Shown: positions 37,887 to 51,421 of the stretch, piece by piece
How positions within the stretch are numbered: position 1 is the first letter of the stretch
Layout of the letters: each line of letters opens with the position of its first letter
DNA from: Lingula anatina
Taxonomy: Eukaryota; Animalia; Brachiopoda
DNA length: 64,000 bases
Assembly (NCBI GenBank): GCA_051362555.1
Contig: CM120642.1
Coordinates: 27,404,001-27,468,000 of the forward strand
Direction of reading: 5' to 3'
Made by a program: the position numbers and the translations under genes
Notes under the pieces: model-generated
What the model saw: only the letters and a program-made list of their open reading frames with translations
Told to the model about the DNA's origin: nothing
Databases searched by the model: none

Positions 37887-38164
37887 TATGGAAGCGTGTA
37901 AGGGTTTTGTTTTTGGTGTTGGTGTTGTGAAGTTTGTTTTTGGTGTTGGTGTTGTAAGCTTTGTTTTTGGTGTTGGTGTTGTGAGTTTTCTTTTTGGTGT
38001 TGGTGTTGTGAGTTTTCTTTTTGGTGTTGGTGTTGTGAGCTTTCTTTTTGGTGTTGGTGTTGTGAGCTTTCTTTTTGGTGTTGGTGTTGTGAGCTTTGTT
38101 TTTGGTGTTGGTGTTGTGAAGTTTGTTTTTGGTGTTGGTGTTGTGACCCATACACGCTTCCATA
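37887..38164. mobile_element. Non-autonomous IS3EU-like DNA transposon filled with 9 x 27-bp tandem repeats
   Basis: 19-bp TIR TATGGAAGCGTGTA(A/T)GGGT (18/19 match) with an exact 6-bp TSD GAGAAA (37881-37886, 38165-38170). Interior 37906-38146 is 9 units of TTT(G/C)TTTTTGGTGTTGGTGTTGTGAGC-like sequence. Confidence 0.8.
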
Positions 38165-38977
38165 GAGAAAAGCAAAAACAATATCGATATGTCGTAAACC
38201 AACAGGGTTTATCTTTTCATGTAAAAAAAGTAATAGAGACATGACCATAAGGGGGGGGGAATCAACATGTTAACTTTTCTCAAAAGAACCTGATGCCACA
38301 TTTACACTTCTTAAGATGGTTTCTAAAGTATGGTATTCCATATAAACTCAATTGCCTTTGTGAAAAAACTTTAAAAAAAACTTTTTTATTCTGATGCACC
38401 ATATTTCTCTTTCCACAGGACTTCATTTTCTTTTCTTTTTTTTTAAATTTCTATTATGCTATAATCTATCTCTATTATCCATATATTCAAGGTTAATTAT
38501 TTGACAGTTTTCCCCAGTCTCCCTTTGGTAATAATTCCCTTTAAGATGCTAAGTAACGAATCTACGTAAGATTTTGATACATGTATTTCAACTTTTCATC
38601 ATTGTGACATTACAGTAAAACACCACCAAAGTCACCAAGAAAAAACACTTTTGCTGGTCTCAGGTCAGAGAATGACTTTATTGTGCAAAATAATAATAAA
38701 TGCCAGAAACACATGATTTATAAATAAAAATTAACAATTCTGTACAATGTTCCTTGGATTCACCCCATTGTCTGTATGTCTTCCAAAGCACCTTCAGTTT
38801 GGGAGCATCTGTAGCAGTGCAAGTATTGCCAGGAAGTGAAACTAAATGTCACATGCTTTGTCCAGCTAAAACACTGTAGCCTGAGAGTCTTACTACTGGA
38901 TGATGACAAAGAAATGGCTGTGAAACATCCTGTAAGTCACAATTCACAAATTTCTCTTCCAAGTGTAGACGAACTTA

Positions 38978-41970
38978 TCAGTAATTCCCATAGTGCTTTA
39001 CTCTGAATAAAAAAAAACATGTATGTTAGGCAGGTGTTACAAATTTTTGGTATACTTCCAGATTAAGGATTTGAATTTCATGTGATATGTGATGGCATAT
39101 CAGCTGACATAAAAAATAACAGCTTTTAAGTTAAAACTGCATATTGTCACTGTACCTGGCCATCAGATATGTATTTACATTTCAAAGTACTAAGACAGAC
39201 TACAGAAATTTCAATTATTTCATACAGAAATATATTTACTATAACTCCAGGCATTTTCTCAAAAATCACATTAAATCATATTACATTAAACTAAAAAGCT
39301 GGACTTGCATATACACAGACACTAAAAAATATCATATCTAAATTTAATCAAGTTTGTATGTAAAAAGATAAGAAACCACTGGTCACCTGTAAAGAAGCAC
39401 TTGTCCCCTGTGGTTACCCACAGCAAAGTAGCCACTGTTCAGGGAGAAATCCATAGCAAGAGGGATCCTTAGGCTGTCTGCCTTGTCTGGGAAATTGGAA
39501 AATACTGTCATAGATGGAAAATGGACCTGCAAAAGATATTTTAGTAAGTAATTAAAATAATAAAGACAATGTGAAAAAATAGAAGAAACATAAAAGAGGT
39601 ATTCTAACATTTGCTAATGTGTAAGAATTTGTTTTAACACACATCTTTGAATATGAAAACCAGTATCATTATCATCTAAATGCCCTATTTTCTTCATTGG
39701 CAAATTAAGTTTCTTGACCATGATTAAAATCTTATGGTCATTTTCGTTTTTACAAAAAAAAAGATGTATATTTTGTTCTACTATGTACCAGTTTTATCGC
39801 TCTCTCGGCATAATTTGAAGTGATGGCCATGAGCTCTGATGTGGAGTTGAACACTGCACTGGTGCAGGGAGTTACTAAGTTCATTATGGCTTTCACAGGT
39901 TTAGGATAACCAGAATTCATATAAGATTCATCATAGATATTCACAACACCACTGTAGGACCTTTAAAAAAGAAAAAGGATGAATTATTACACAGTAATTG
40001 AACTGAGAATTGACCAGTATTGTGTATTTTGCCACTTATTAATAAATCTATAAACAAGCAAGCTATAATCTGCTTCGAGCATCTGTGTTTGCAGTATGAG
40101 CTGAAGTAAATTAAGCAACCATCATCTTTGACTTTTTATAGTTTAATATATACTAATTTTACTTGAAACCAACTTTTTCCTAAAATCATTTCAACCTTAT
40201 TGTTATCATCATAGGTGCAAGACTGCACGTTGCACATAAAAGCTAATTGTTGGTTGTCAATTCAAAAGTGTAATAATTGCAGTGAAAAATCATTTACCCG
40301 CAAGCTAAATACTGCCCATTCTTGGACATAGTTATAGCTGTGCCCTGAACACAGCCCTCATCCTTAAAGCGATGAATACAGTCTCTTGTAGTCATATCCC
40401 ATACATAAACGTCTCCTTCATCTGAAAAGAAATTAGGCAAAATTCAACAAAAGCATACTTCAAAGGATCATCTTTAATGCAAGTCTGTAAAAGTTCACAT
40501 TAATGATATTTTTCCTTTATGACGGCATATGCAATGCAAAAAAAAGAAAACTTCAGTTGCAATACAATACGTTCTGGTAAATAAAAAATTTTATAGATCA
40601 GAAACCAAAGCTGACACTATAAAACATACAAAGGAGTTGGAGATCCTCATATATCTTTATTCTAAAGCCATTTATTTATCCATATTTTCAAAACTTAGGT
40701 ATTTAGCTTATCAAATGCTGCAGTGGGACCATCCAAAGTGTGAAGGTCAAAACAAAATTCATGCTACGTACCTCCTATAGAGTACATTCTCCTTCCATCT
40801 GGAGAAAATGTTACTGAATCCACTGTGCCGTTCATTTTTAAACTACTCAGCCATTCTTTTGACTGAAAAGAAAACACCAAAATTAAACATGGCAAAACAT
40901 GCCAATACTTTGATATTTAAAATGACACTAAGTGAACACCTAAACCATGTTCTCTATGAAAAAAATATTAAAACAGATGGGCACAATCTAAATACTTACT
41001 TTTGCTGATATCAAATGCATGTGACCATATTTCCCAAGAAAAACTATAAATTTTCCATCAGGAGACATTTCAAATCTGCTCATATCATTTTCTTCAATAC
41101 CTAAAAATAAATAGTTTGAAAAAACAATTGCTGTGGGTATGTATTGTTGATATAAATGAGCTGTTGAAAATTTGGTCAATTTTGTATTCCTGCATTCCTT
41201 ACTGTGAGTTATAATATGAGTAAATTACAAATAGCCAATAATGGGCTTATTGCATAAGTACAATTACCATACAAATATTGCCTTATGCAATTATTTAGGA
41301 TACCTTTTATCTGTGGAATATTGCCAACATTCCCAGCTATCATGTCATAGTAATAGAAATTTTTGTGTTTAGAACCCATGATGACTTCCTCTCCAGTCCT
41401 GCTGAAGTGAGCTGTGTGAATGGGAAAACGATCCATAAAAAGACTTTGAATTTTGGGGTTGTTCTTGCCATCCACCTGAAATGAAATGTGAAACGTTCAT
41501 ACCTGAAGGTAAACTGAGATTGTATAGAACAATTTCAACAGACAATATATATGTGTTGTTGTAGCTGTTTTTAATATCATTCCTTCCTTGTTAAAAGACA
41601 CTTTTATAAACAAATCCTTGGAGTACATATAACAACATGTAATTTACCAATCAACATTTAAAATGGTAGACAATATTGATATAAGTTAAACAGAAGAGAA
41701 AAAAATCCTCCTGGAATATCCAGCAAGCATAATTCATAATGAAGTACCTGAAACAGGTGTAACCTTTGGTCCATCCCAGCAGTAAGAATGACTTGTGCAG
41801 TGGGGTGAAATTCCACAGACTTAACTTTACCCTGGAAATTTTTTGAATACATATTACATCAATTTTATGGATTTTGTGTTTAAAAGCCAAGCCTTATTTT
41901 AATATAAAACAGGCATGTACACAAAAACTCAATATTGTCAACAAATCTTAAAATCTCTCTCTCCATTCTA

Positions 41971-42038
<68 letters not shown>

Positions 42039-43588
42039 CCAGATGAAATCTTTAAGAATCAGTTCCATATATACATGTGCAAACACACACACAAAGAGCA
42101 AAATCTTCAAGAAAAACATAAACCAGATGCGCCTTACCTGTGAGGGGCATTCACTGTTGGCATCTTTACATCTCTTGATCTGTATGACCCCCTTGGGCAG
42201 TGACTCTGAAGGAGCTAGGTAATCCCCTGTCGTCTGTAACAACTGTGCTGCCTCTGGGTCATCTGGGATATAGAAGTAACAATAACAAAAGAAATTCAAC
42301 AGTGATCCTATTTTGTAAAAGAAATCACGTAATCAAATCACTATACTTTCATAAACGAAATCAATGAATCAAAGCTTATATCAAAGAGGCAGTAAAGATA
42401 CAATTTATTATCAATCAATAAATAATTTATATACTTCACATACCCTCAGCTCCATCTGACTCTTCATCTCCCGACTTCAGCCTGGCCCATGCTGGTGTTC
42501 CAGATACTTTTTCAAACCTGTACAGAGAAAAATGTGTACTGACCAAGTAACCATAAAGCACTGAGGGTGCTGCAGTCAAAACCAGACAGTACAGCCAATG
42601 TTACTTAACTCAATATTGTAATAACTTACTACAGAGGCTACTCATATATTTATTGAAACAAAATTTTGCATGTAAATACAACCCTAATCACTTACTGGTT
42701 TTTCAATCTCTGTTGAAAAGAATCTCCAGTGATCTTCTTTTCTCCATGACTCAAAACTGCATGCCTCCTATCTTTTGTTAGGTTGACACTGTTTCAGACA
42801 GAAATGATTAATATGTAAGAAAGTTTTTTTGGCAATAGACAAGTTTTTTGTTATAGTTTAGAGAATATTATTTTAAGAAATTAACCCTTATTCTTATATT
42901 ATTAGAACAACTAAGAAATAGTGATAGATGCAATTATATAAATCTCACAAATAATTTTTTAAAAAATACTTCAACATTTGCCTCTTTTAGTACACTATTT
43001 TTACTGAAAATCACTTTACCTTTAAACTTGGAAATATAAACAAAAATTATTAAATAATGTGTTTACCTTTCAGTGAGATCATCTTCATCTTCCCATGCTG
43101 CTTTTTTCTCCTGTGTGAAATCCTTTCCCTGTAAGGAAAACAGCATTATTTTAGTTGCAAGTATAAACTGGACAGATTCGTACAAAAATAAAACTAACAT
43201 ATCATTTACAATTAGCATTAAAATGTAAATGAAAAATAAAGAAAATAAAATGTATACCCTGTTCATCCGTAAGGTAAATAGAAATTTTATACTAGAATAA
43301 CATCAAGAACGATTCGGAGAGAACAAGCACCTAACATCTATAAATTTTAGCTGCTAAATTTACCTTTGACTTAGGTTTTGTTTTTGCAGATTTCGGCTGA
43401 AGCTTTTCTACGATTTCACTCTCTCCACCAAGCACTAGTTTCTCTAGAACATTTTCTGCTTCATCTTTGTCTTTGCTACTACCAAGTACTTTTGTTGTCT
43501 TTTTCACTTCGCTAGCATGTGTACCAGTCCCTTGATGAGCTGCTGAAGCTTCATTTTGTGCTGATCTTTTGAGGCTTCTTCGCAACAT
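38978..43588 (-). CDS. UTP18: U3 snoRNA-associated protein 18 homolog (WD40, SSU processome)
   Basis: About 13 exons running from 43588-43364 to 39002-38978. Motifs LEKLVLG, AAWEDEDD, VKSVEFHPTAQVILTAG, DGKNNPKIQS, YYYDMIAG, FEMSPDG, PVKAIMNLVT, VHFPSMTVFSNFP, GYFAVGNHRGQVLLYRVKHYGNY*. Confidence 0.93.
41974..42034. repeat. (CA)n microsatellite in a UTP18 intron
   Basis: About 30 perfect CA units. Confidence 0.95.
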
Positions 43589-43916
43589 TTCCCACGTGCA
43601 TTAGAATGTTGGTATCGTAAAGTGGTACGTCTTGACTTCCTGCTATATTTACGACAACGCTAAACCATTGAGGATTTTCTTTAATGAAAATATAACGAAA
43701 CTACGTACAAAACATCCAATAATACATTATGATAAGTGGTAATGTGTAGCAATTTTTGATGTTTTGCAGTCTAAACGAACAGTGAAAGTACAACTATTTT
43801 AAGTGCCGTAAGCGATAAGCGCAGGATAGCTGCGCACCTATTGTGGTCAATATTGCCATCTGGCAGCATCAAGTAAGACATCAGCGTTGACATTTATCAC
43901 AGTGGACATTCTCAAG
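43589..43916. promoter_or_regulatory. Putative bidirectional promoter UTP18/CCDC149 and non-coding first exon of CCDC149
   Basis: CpG-enriched segment directly upstream of the UTP18 ATG. A + strand donor AAG|GTGAG at 43916/43917 precedes the CCDC149 coding exons. Confidence 0.5.
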
Positions 43917-45289
43917 GTGAGAAATATTTTCGTCTTAGTCGCCAGACAGAGAATATTTTCATGTTTGTATTTTGAAAGAATGCTGGGTGACACGTGTTTG
44001 ATATATATTATTTATCATTTCATGCATGGTAACATCAGAATTTTGCAGTTGCAGTAATTAAATGTAAAGCTTGGTTTTTTTTATCAGTATGCATTATTTA
44101 TGGTGTTATGAACGACTGTATCAATTCTAGCAACTCTGAGATGAAGACATAAGTTTTTCGAGGGGAAATATTGCGTTTTATTTTGCATTTAAATAATGAT
44201 AAACCGCCTTTTATGCAAATAAATAATGTTTTGTACTGGTATTAACTCGTACTGTACATGTATGGTAACGGTATAACGCCGTTTACCATTAATGATTGTC
44301 AGGAAATTATGAACTTCGTCTTTTGCATCATATATTGAATTTCTGTACAATAGTGCATGGTCCTAATATTTTGTATGCAGTCCCATGCCATTGATCTAGT
44401 CAGTCTTGTTACATTGTACTAGTAAAGAGATCAATGCTAAGGCAATTTTGTAAAGATAAAGATAAGCAGTCATAAGGATGAAAATACAGCTGATCTTGCA
44501 TGTGTTTATTACTTTAATACCGCATAAGACATGTTTTCCCTAATAAGTGCACCAGTTTAAATAAGGACCTGTTCCCAAGTCATGACACATATATAAGACT
44601 ACTAGACAAAAGTATAACTTGATTTATTATCTTAATAAAAAAATCTGCCCTTGTCATTTAATTTATGACTAATGCCTCCATACTGAATACACAGTGTGTT
44701 GTATTTTAACCCCGTATTTCTGAATTATTGCTGTTAATTAGCATCATTGGGCAAAACATCAGGGAGCAGTCTATGCATCTTTATTGATCAGAACCTATTC
44801 TAGACCACATTTGTCTTGTTTATGACTAGTCTTAAGTGAACACAGGCTTGACTCATCATTGAGTGTGATCTTAGTAACTTCATGCAAAACATGATCTTTA
44901 TAATGTATTTACTATCTAGAGATGTATACTAGAAGACCAGTATATTTGTCAGTAGGTACATGTACTTAAATCTGTAATAAGGTAAATGCATATTTTACTT
45001 TTAATTATCAGCACCTTAGTGCTCAGCATATCTATGTTAATTAATGTCTTTGATTTTTACTTTGTTATGGGTTTTTCATTCATGCACATGGATTAATGCA
45101 CATCCCAGCAAATGGAAACAGTAATTATTTGTACGAAAAATCACCTCTGAATTATACAGTGTGCTTTCACTAGACACTCTTATCACTTCCAGAATGAAGG
45201 AAGATGTGGGGCTTATCTTTTATCAGAGGTGCTGGTGAATGCCCTTGATACAGTACTTGAGGTGGAAATGGGCTAACCTACTTAACAGA

Positions 45290-48200
45290 ATGGATGACAG
45301 AATAAGGTATGATAGTGTAACATTGAGAAAAGTCTTAAACTGTTGGCACTTTGATGGATTTGATTAAAGACAACCTAAGCTTTTTTTTTTTTAATTTTAA
45401 TATTTTTCCCCTCAATCCTCAGAATAACAATAAGTAATTTTTTTTTTAGTGACTGTGCCAGTTTCACATTTTTTCAGTCACTCTGGGTCTGGTAATGTAG
45501 ATAAAGAGTAGTGAATATCAATATAAAGGTGAAAAAATAAATTTAGATCCTAAAAATAGATTAGGGTTAGGGAAATTGTTAACTCCCCCCCCTTTTTTTG
45601 CTGTATGTAAAGATCAAACACACACTGTATGCTATTAATGTTTTATTAAAAAGGTTACTCCAGGCACTTGCACATTCACACACTATTTTCAGTGTGTATC
45701 AGATAAAATATTTAGTGAAAGTGAGGCATTTTTAGTGAAATATTTATATATGCCTTGTAGTTAAAATTATATAAAAATCAACACCAGGGTTAATACCACT
45801 CTCTTCTAGAACTTCTAGAATAGTTTTATGCCTCGTTTTCACTTATTTTTCAGTAAGTCAGACATCTTATTGTAACACAGGTCATCCTCTCTGGAAAGTT
45901 GTCTTATCTAACACATTGTCCTGTCACAACTAATGCAATTTTGAAACACAATCTCTGCCTTGAATGTTGCAGATTGCGACAGATGCAGGAGCTGGACCAT
46001 GTGAGAAATGAGTACCAGATTTGTAAGAGAAAGCTGGACAGCAAGTGTGAGGCCCTGCTTATTCTGACCAAAGAACTTGATGGCTGTCGAAGAGAAAGAG
46101 ATCAACTTCGCCTTATCATTGAACAACAAAGGTAATATATTTCTAGAATATCTAAGGACTCAGTCACATATAGATGACAAGCAGTTGCAAATCTACAGAA
46201 ATTAATTTAGCACCAGTGTGAAGACATGGTTATATGAACTGGGATGAGTTTTTTCAGACTTTTGGCCAATTTTCACCTTTTTGGGAGCTAAAAAATTTCT
46301 TTGGCCTAGGCGACCCCCATTTAACGACAGTTTCATCCCTGTATGGATCATTAGATGCAATTAATAGAGCACTCAGTGCCCCCCCCCCCCCCCCACACAC
46401 ACACACACACACTTGAAGTTCTGCCCAGGTCACATGACTTACTTGCCCTACTCTAGATACAAAACTAATAACAAGTCACATTTCTGGTATTTCCAAGCAT
46501 GAATTAAAGTTTTATTGATTGTGTTGATGTTTTGATATTGTATTTAGCAGTTTTTTTAAAGTTGTTTCCTTTATGATTAAATCCACTCATGTATGTATTA
46601 TCTTAGACTGCTTTTCAAAAACAGATATTTGTTTCTACTATTAGCATTTCTATTGTTTATTAGTCAACAGATCATCAAAGTTGAACTCGAAGCATGGTAA
46701 TTCTTTTAATGAACGTTACAATATACATTTTGTTACATCAGTAGAATTTAAGGTTAATATTCTGTCTTTTGAAGATACAGACAGGGCAATGCCAAGATGT
46801 TCATACCAACCTCCCCAACTCGACAGAGCATAGACCATGTTATGAGAAGCCAAGCATTACAGGTAGTATTATCAGATAAGATACAAACCACTTGCCATGT
46901 AACTAATAACACCTTTGATAAAAGGAGTAAGCTGGGCATTGTGGTGTAAAAAAGATTTGTCAGATAGGTTATCAGATGTTATAATCAGTAGTGAAGTCAT
47001 TGAACTGATAAGACTTCCTGGTTGGGAGTATGGTATTCACTGCTGCAGTGCTGTATGAAAGCTTAGGAAATTATCAGGTGTTGCATGAATTGTTATCAGT
47101 TACATGGATGTTTGAATTACACAAAGATGGTGGTATGTAAATTTTTGTGGACTACTAAATTGCAATGTTAGAAATTGTATAGTTCTAGTTGTGCAGATTA
47201 GCTTACAGCTGCTTATTAAAAATATTATTATTCCTACCACATACCCTTTTTTCTATCTTACATAAGTTATTTGACTTACATATTACTACACACAGCTGTT
47301 TTGTGCAGATGGTTGCAAAAGATAAAAAAATTATGCTAAGGAATGAAATATTTATGGCAATGTAGGATGACGAAAGAGAGTACCATTATATGATGAATTA
47401 TCAATTTGGCAGTTTTTAAAAAGGTTGCAGGAGATTATTTGTGGTGATGGGGGTCATGTCCAAAAATTTGCACAAAAAGGCCATAACAGAATAATAGAAA
47501 TGCATTTATTGTCTCCATAAGTATGATGAAATATTTCCCTTTGTTCTCTTACACAATACAGACTATTATTATAGTAAAACTCGTGATACATTGCGATTTA
47601 AAAACATTAAACCAGGTTTCAAATTATACGCTGTATTTTGTAATATTTACAAATCTTTATCAGTTTCCTAAGAAAAGCAAATTCATATCTTTGTTTTAAT
47701 TGAAATTTGACCTTTATTAAAGATACTTTTTTAACAACTCTACACAAAATGAGTGGCTTCTGCAAAAGAGATTTGTTGAGTTTTCATATCGAATATTTCT
47801 TACCAATCAGGTGGAGGTTGATGATCTGAAGCAAAAATTACGAGATGCAGATGGTGATATCAAGTTACTGCGCGAACAAATTGCACGGCAGCGCATGGGA
47901 ACATCTGAAGAAGGCATGAACATGAGGCACTTTCCTGCACACGAAAGAGAAGAACTTGTGACTAAACTGGAAGACATGCAGGAAAAGGTGTTTATGATAG
48001 CTAAGCTATTACTAAAGAATTTCGATCAAACTGTTCTTGTCTTTGAAGCCACACGACAATGGCAGTGACTGAGACATGAGCCATGTTGTGTGAAACCCTC
48101 ATTGGTTCACTTCCTGTATAAATCTGGCAACCCTCACTACTTCTACAAAACATAAATCCCAACATTTCTCTTTGTATGATCTCTTTTATTTGTTGATAAT

Positions 48201-50434
48201 GATTTGAGATTCTACAACAGATTTTCTCAATTGTCATTTTTAATTTTCAGGTTTTGGTAGCAGAAAGAGATGTGCAACAAGTTTTAGATGAAAAAGAAGA
48301 CCTGGAAACAGAAAGAGATGCCTACAAAACTAAATATGAACGTCTCAACAGGGAGCTGAACTACATTCTTAAGGGTGATGAGAACAGGATTTTAGACATT
48401 GATGCTTTATCCATGGAAAACAAGTATCTTCAAGAAAGGTATCCCTTAAATATCTAACAATCTGCTCTTTACTATTAATGTGTTTATAGCTATAACTTAT
48501 TAAAGTGCTTATGAATATGACTTTCTTCTCTGTTAAGTCTCCATAATTCTGACATTTTCCAAATGCATGAGATTGTATTACTGAAGGTCTGAGATTGTAT
48601 TACTGAAGCCAACTTATATTAATATTGGTTTCCTTTTTCTTGGACTTGGGGAAAGTGTCATCGGGAATCCAGTTATTAAATCTGAAGGCATTGTTCTTCT
48701 TTAAATGCTTCTTTTTACAACAGCTTTTTCAATCATGGTTATTGTGGTGGTTGTGCTGCTTTAAATCTGAAAATATAAGTTGAGTGTGTTATTGTGCTTG
48801 TCCATTTTAGGTTAAAGCAAATGGAAGAGGAGAAGTGTATTGCCATGGCAACTGTAACTAAGTATAAAAGTTTGTTGGAAAGAAGGAAAAATAAAGGCAT
48901 TTTGAAAATGGGCAGTGTCCAAGGTGGCAAGACCCCAGGTGGATTGATAGTTTCACAGAAACAGGTAATTGTTAGGTTTTTATTCAACAAAGGTATTATT
49001 TTTTTTTAATCTAAGAGATATGACTGCAGTGTACAAGATCTAACAATTGAGTGATGATCAGAAACTCCACCCTTCCTATTGCAGGTGCACGAGGTATTAG
49101 AGCAAGCTGCTCAGATGCCTCCAACAATGAAAACTGTGATGGACCTGGTTTCCCTGTCCAGGGGACTGATGGATTCCATAAATGACAAAAACCTGGCCCT
49201 GTCTCATCAGAGGAAAACAAACAAGATTCTAGGGAACAGGGTTGCTGAACTGGAAAAGAAGCTGAGAACTTTAGAAGTTGGTGGCTTGTGGAATGTCACA
49301 GAACTAAGTGCCAGCTTTGATCGGTTGAGGTCTGAGTTTGTGAACGGCAGTTGTGACTTGAATAGAGATTCTTCAGTCAATGGGCAAAATGGGGATGATA
49401 AAGTCGTGGAAGATGATCGGGACGATGGTGCAGAGGTTAAGACATTGGTTGGAGCCAGTGGTGACTCTCACCAGGCCTCGGAGGACAGTATGAGCAACCT
49501 TGGGACATCTGAACTGAGCAGTTTAACTAGTTCACCCTCTCACGAACCCTCCCTGTCTTCTTCAGTTCATGGGCCCCAATACAATGCTATGAGTCAGGGT
49601 ACTACTACTACTGCTGCTGCTGCTGATGTTGGTGATGGTAAGGGCAATGGAGGAGAGGAACATGAAGATGATAAAATACTGGAAAAATCGTTGCCTCCTG
49701 GCATAAAGTTGAATAAAGATTTGGAGCATTTGTCTGCTCACGAATCTGAAGGGAAGGCTAAAAATGTACACAAATCTTCTCTTGAATGTTTTAAACAAAG
49801 GTTGGAAGGACAACCCAGTCTGAATGATGCTTCTACCAAAAGTTGCTCTTCGTTGTCAGGTGAGCAAGATCAGAGGGAAAACAATTCTCTTCAATTAGAG
49901 GCAGAACCACGAACCCCTTCTAATATGAAAGTCTTCCCCAAGACTTCATTAAACCAGACTGGTCAACCAGCAATAGATGGCACTGCTCAACAGGATGAGA
50001 CCAAACGGAAAATAGCTGAGTGCTCCGATGTCAGTGAGGAGGAAGATCAGATTAAAGGACATTCTGAGTTGATTCAGAAAGGGTACATGCCAGTGAGCCA
50101 GGAGGATTTCCAGGATGAGGATTCATACCAAGAATCAGATGAGGATGAGGAGGAAGATGATTATGATGGTGATGCTGACATCAGTGATAGTGACCTGCAC
50201 TTGCAGGTGTCTCCCCCTGGTGACTCAGATGTGCAGGCCTTGTCAGCAGAACTGCATGGGCTGATAGAAGCCATAAGGTCCAAAGTCCATGATTCTGCGC
50301 CTGCTGACACATTAGAAGAGGAGGAGGAGGACCTAGAGGATGAGAAGACGGAGAAAGAAGAGAATATTCAGTCCTCTTTGTTTCATAGGGACGATATCAG
50401 GATGCTAGAGAGAGACAGACCAAGTGAATGTTGA
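45290..50434 (+). CDS. CCDC149: Coiled-coil domain-containing protein 149 with long acidic C-terminal tail
   Basis: Exons approximately 45290-45306, 45973-46131, 46775-46862, 47811-47987, 48251-48438, 48811-48964, 49085-50434. Motifs EYQICKRKLDSKCEALLILTKELDGCRRERDQ, HFPAHEREELV, DIDALSMENKYLQERL and INDKNLALSHQRKTNKILGNRVAELEKKLRTLE. Confidence 0.9.
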
Positions 50435-50678
50435 TCCTGTCAGAAGTCTCTTCCATACTGATTGTATCGAGGAATATTGAATAGATTAGACTCTGTTGTC
50501 AATATTTGGGTTCTGAAGTGCAAAAGTGAAAAGAGTGAAAGAAAGTGAATGTTGATGCTTTCATACCTGTCCCTCTGTCATTACATATACAAGTGTACTA
50601 AGCATGCAATGTGAAATTAGAACTGTGTGAAAATTAAAAAATCTCACCACTTACATTGCTAGCAGACTAGTTTTAAAA

Positions 50679-50969
50679 TACCTCATATCCTAAAAGTGTA
50701 TAGGGTATTTTTATGTTCCATCACTGTAAATGGAACCCACATTTTTCAATCCTCTGTGGTACATTTTTCAATCCTGTTTGGTAAAAAAAAAATTGAATTA
50801 TAACCAAAGGGATATGAAATTTAGTGTTAGATTACCTCATATCCTTTAAGTGTGTAGATCAATTAAGGGTATTTTTATGTTCCATCACTGTAAATGGAAC
50901 CCACATGCTTTAATCTTCTTTGGTAAAAAAAAACTTTGTTTGAATTATAAGCAAAGGAATATGGAATTT
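50679..50969 (+). repeat. Tandem duplication of about 150 bp in the presumed CCDC149 3' UTR
   Basis: TACCTCATATCCT...AGGGTATTTTTATGTTCCATCACTGTAAATGGAACCCACAT...TTGAATTATAA occurs twice, starting near 50679 and 50833. Confidence 0.85.
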
Positions 50970-51207
50970 CACTTTTTTGTCTAAGGTGAAAATATGGCTG
51001 TATAATTATACTGCTTTCATTGTGTCTTAGTAAAAATTAATTGCATTTGAATGAAATGCTGGCTTTGTTTCATATAAGACCTAAGTGGTTTCAGAAAATC
51101 ACTGTTTGCATGTCTTTCAATTTAATTGATTTTCCAACAAGGAAGATTAGATATACCATTATGTTCTTTAAATTGCAGAGTACTTTTAACTGCAGAGACA
51201 TTCCTAA

Positions 51208-51421
51208 GGGCGCATTCCCATAGATTTTAGATCCATCTATCCCCGTGGGGAGTCTCACTAGATTACTGTCAGATAATCCAGCTTAAATGTCTGTCGCGCC
51301 TACTACAAGCTGTAAGGGGGTAATTAACTTTCGTGCCTGCTCGGCTGACAGCTATTTAGCGTGAACCCCCAGGGAGTTAGGTCGATCTAGTTGGAACGAT
51401 CTAATCTCTGCGAATGGGGTC
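51208..51421. mobile_element. MITE family B copy (PIF/Harbinger-like)
   Basis: Ends GGGCGCATTCCCA...TGCGAATGGGGTC with an exact TAA TSD (51205-51207, 51422-51424). A 3-bp TWA target is typical of PIF/Harbinger. Confidence 0.88.

Noticed and set aside
37906-38146. CRISPR-like or telomere-like array
   Set aside because: The units are contiguous with no unique spacers, the context is eukaryotic, and the unit is not TTAGGG-type.
37832-38248. ORFs with (SQHQHQKES)n, (HNTNTKKKA)n and (SFLFGVGVV)n repeats
   Set aside because: All three are translations of the stop-free 27-bp tandem array inside a TIR/TSD-bounded element.
24153-43588. TDRD5-GEMIN8-UTP18 as a functional RNP-biogenesis cluster or snoRNA host region
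   Set aside because: The genes act in different pathways and have different orientations, and no convincing C/D or H/ACA box pairs were seen in the introns. Adjacency is likely incidental.
48439-48810. U12-type intron candidates (GTATCCCT here; GTATCCTA in UTP18 at 41303 on the - strand)
   Set aside because: The donors deviate from RTATCCTT and no TCCTTAAC branch site is visible near the acceptors.
50715-50736. Iron-responsive element (CAGTGA on the minus strand)
   Set aside because: It is antisense to CCDC149, and the upper stem and bulge geometry is not canonical.
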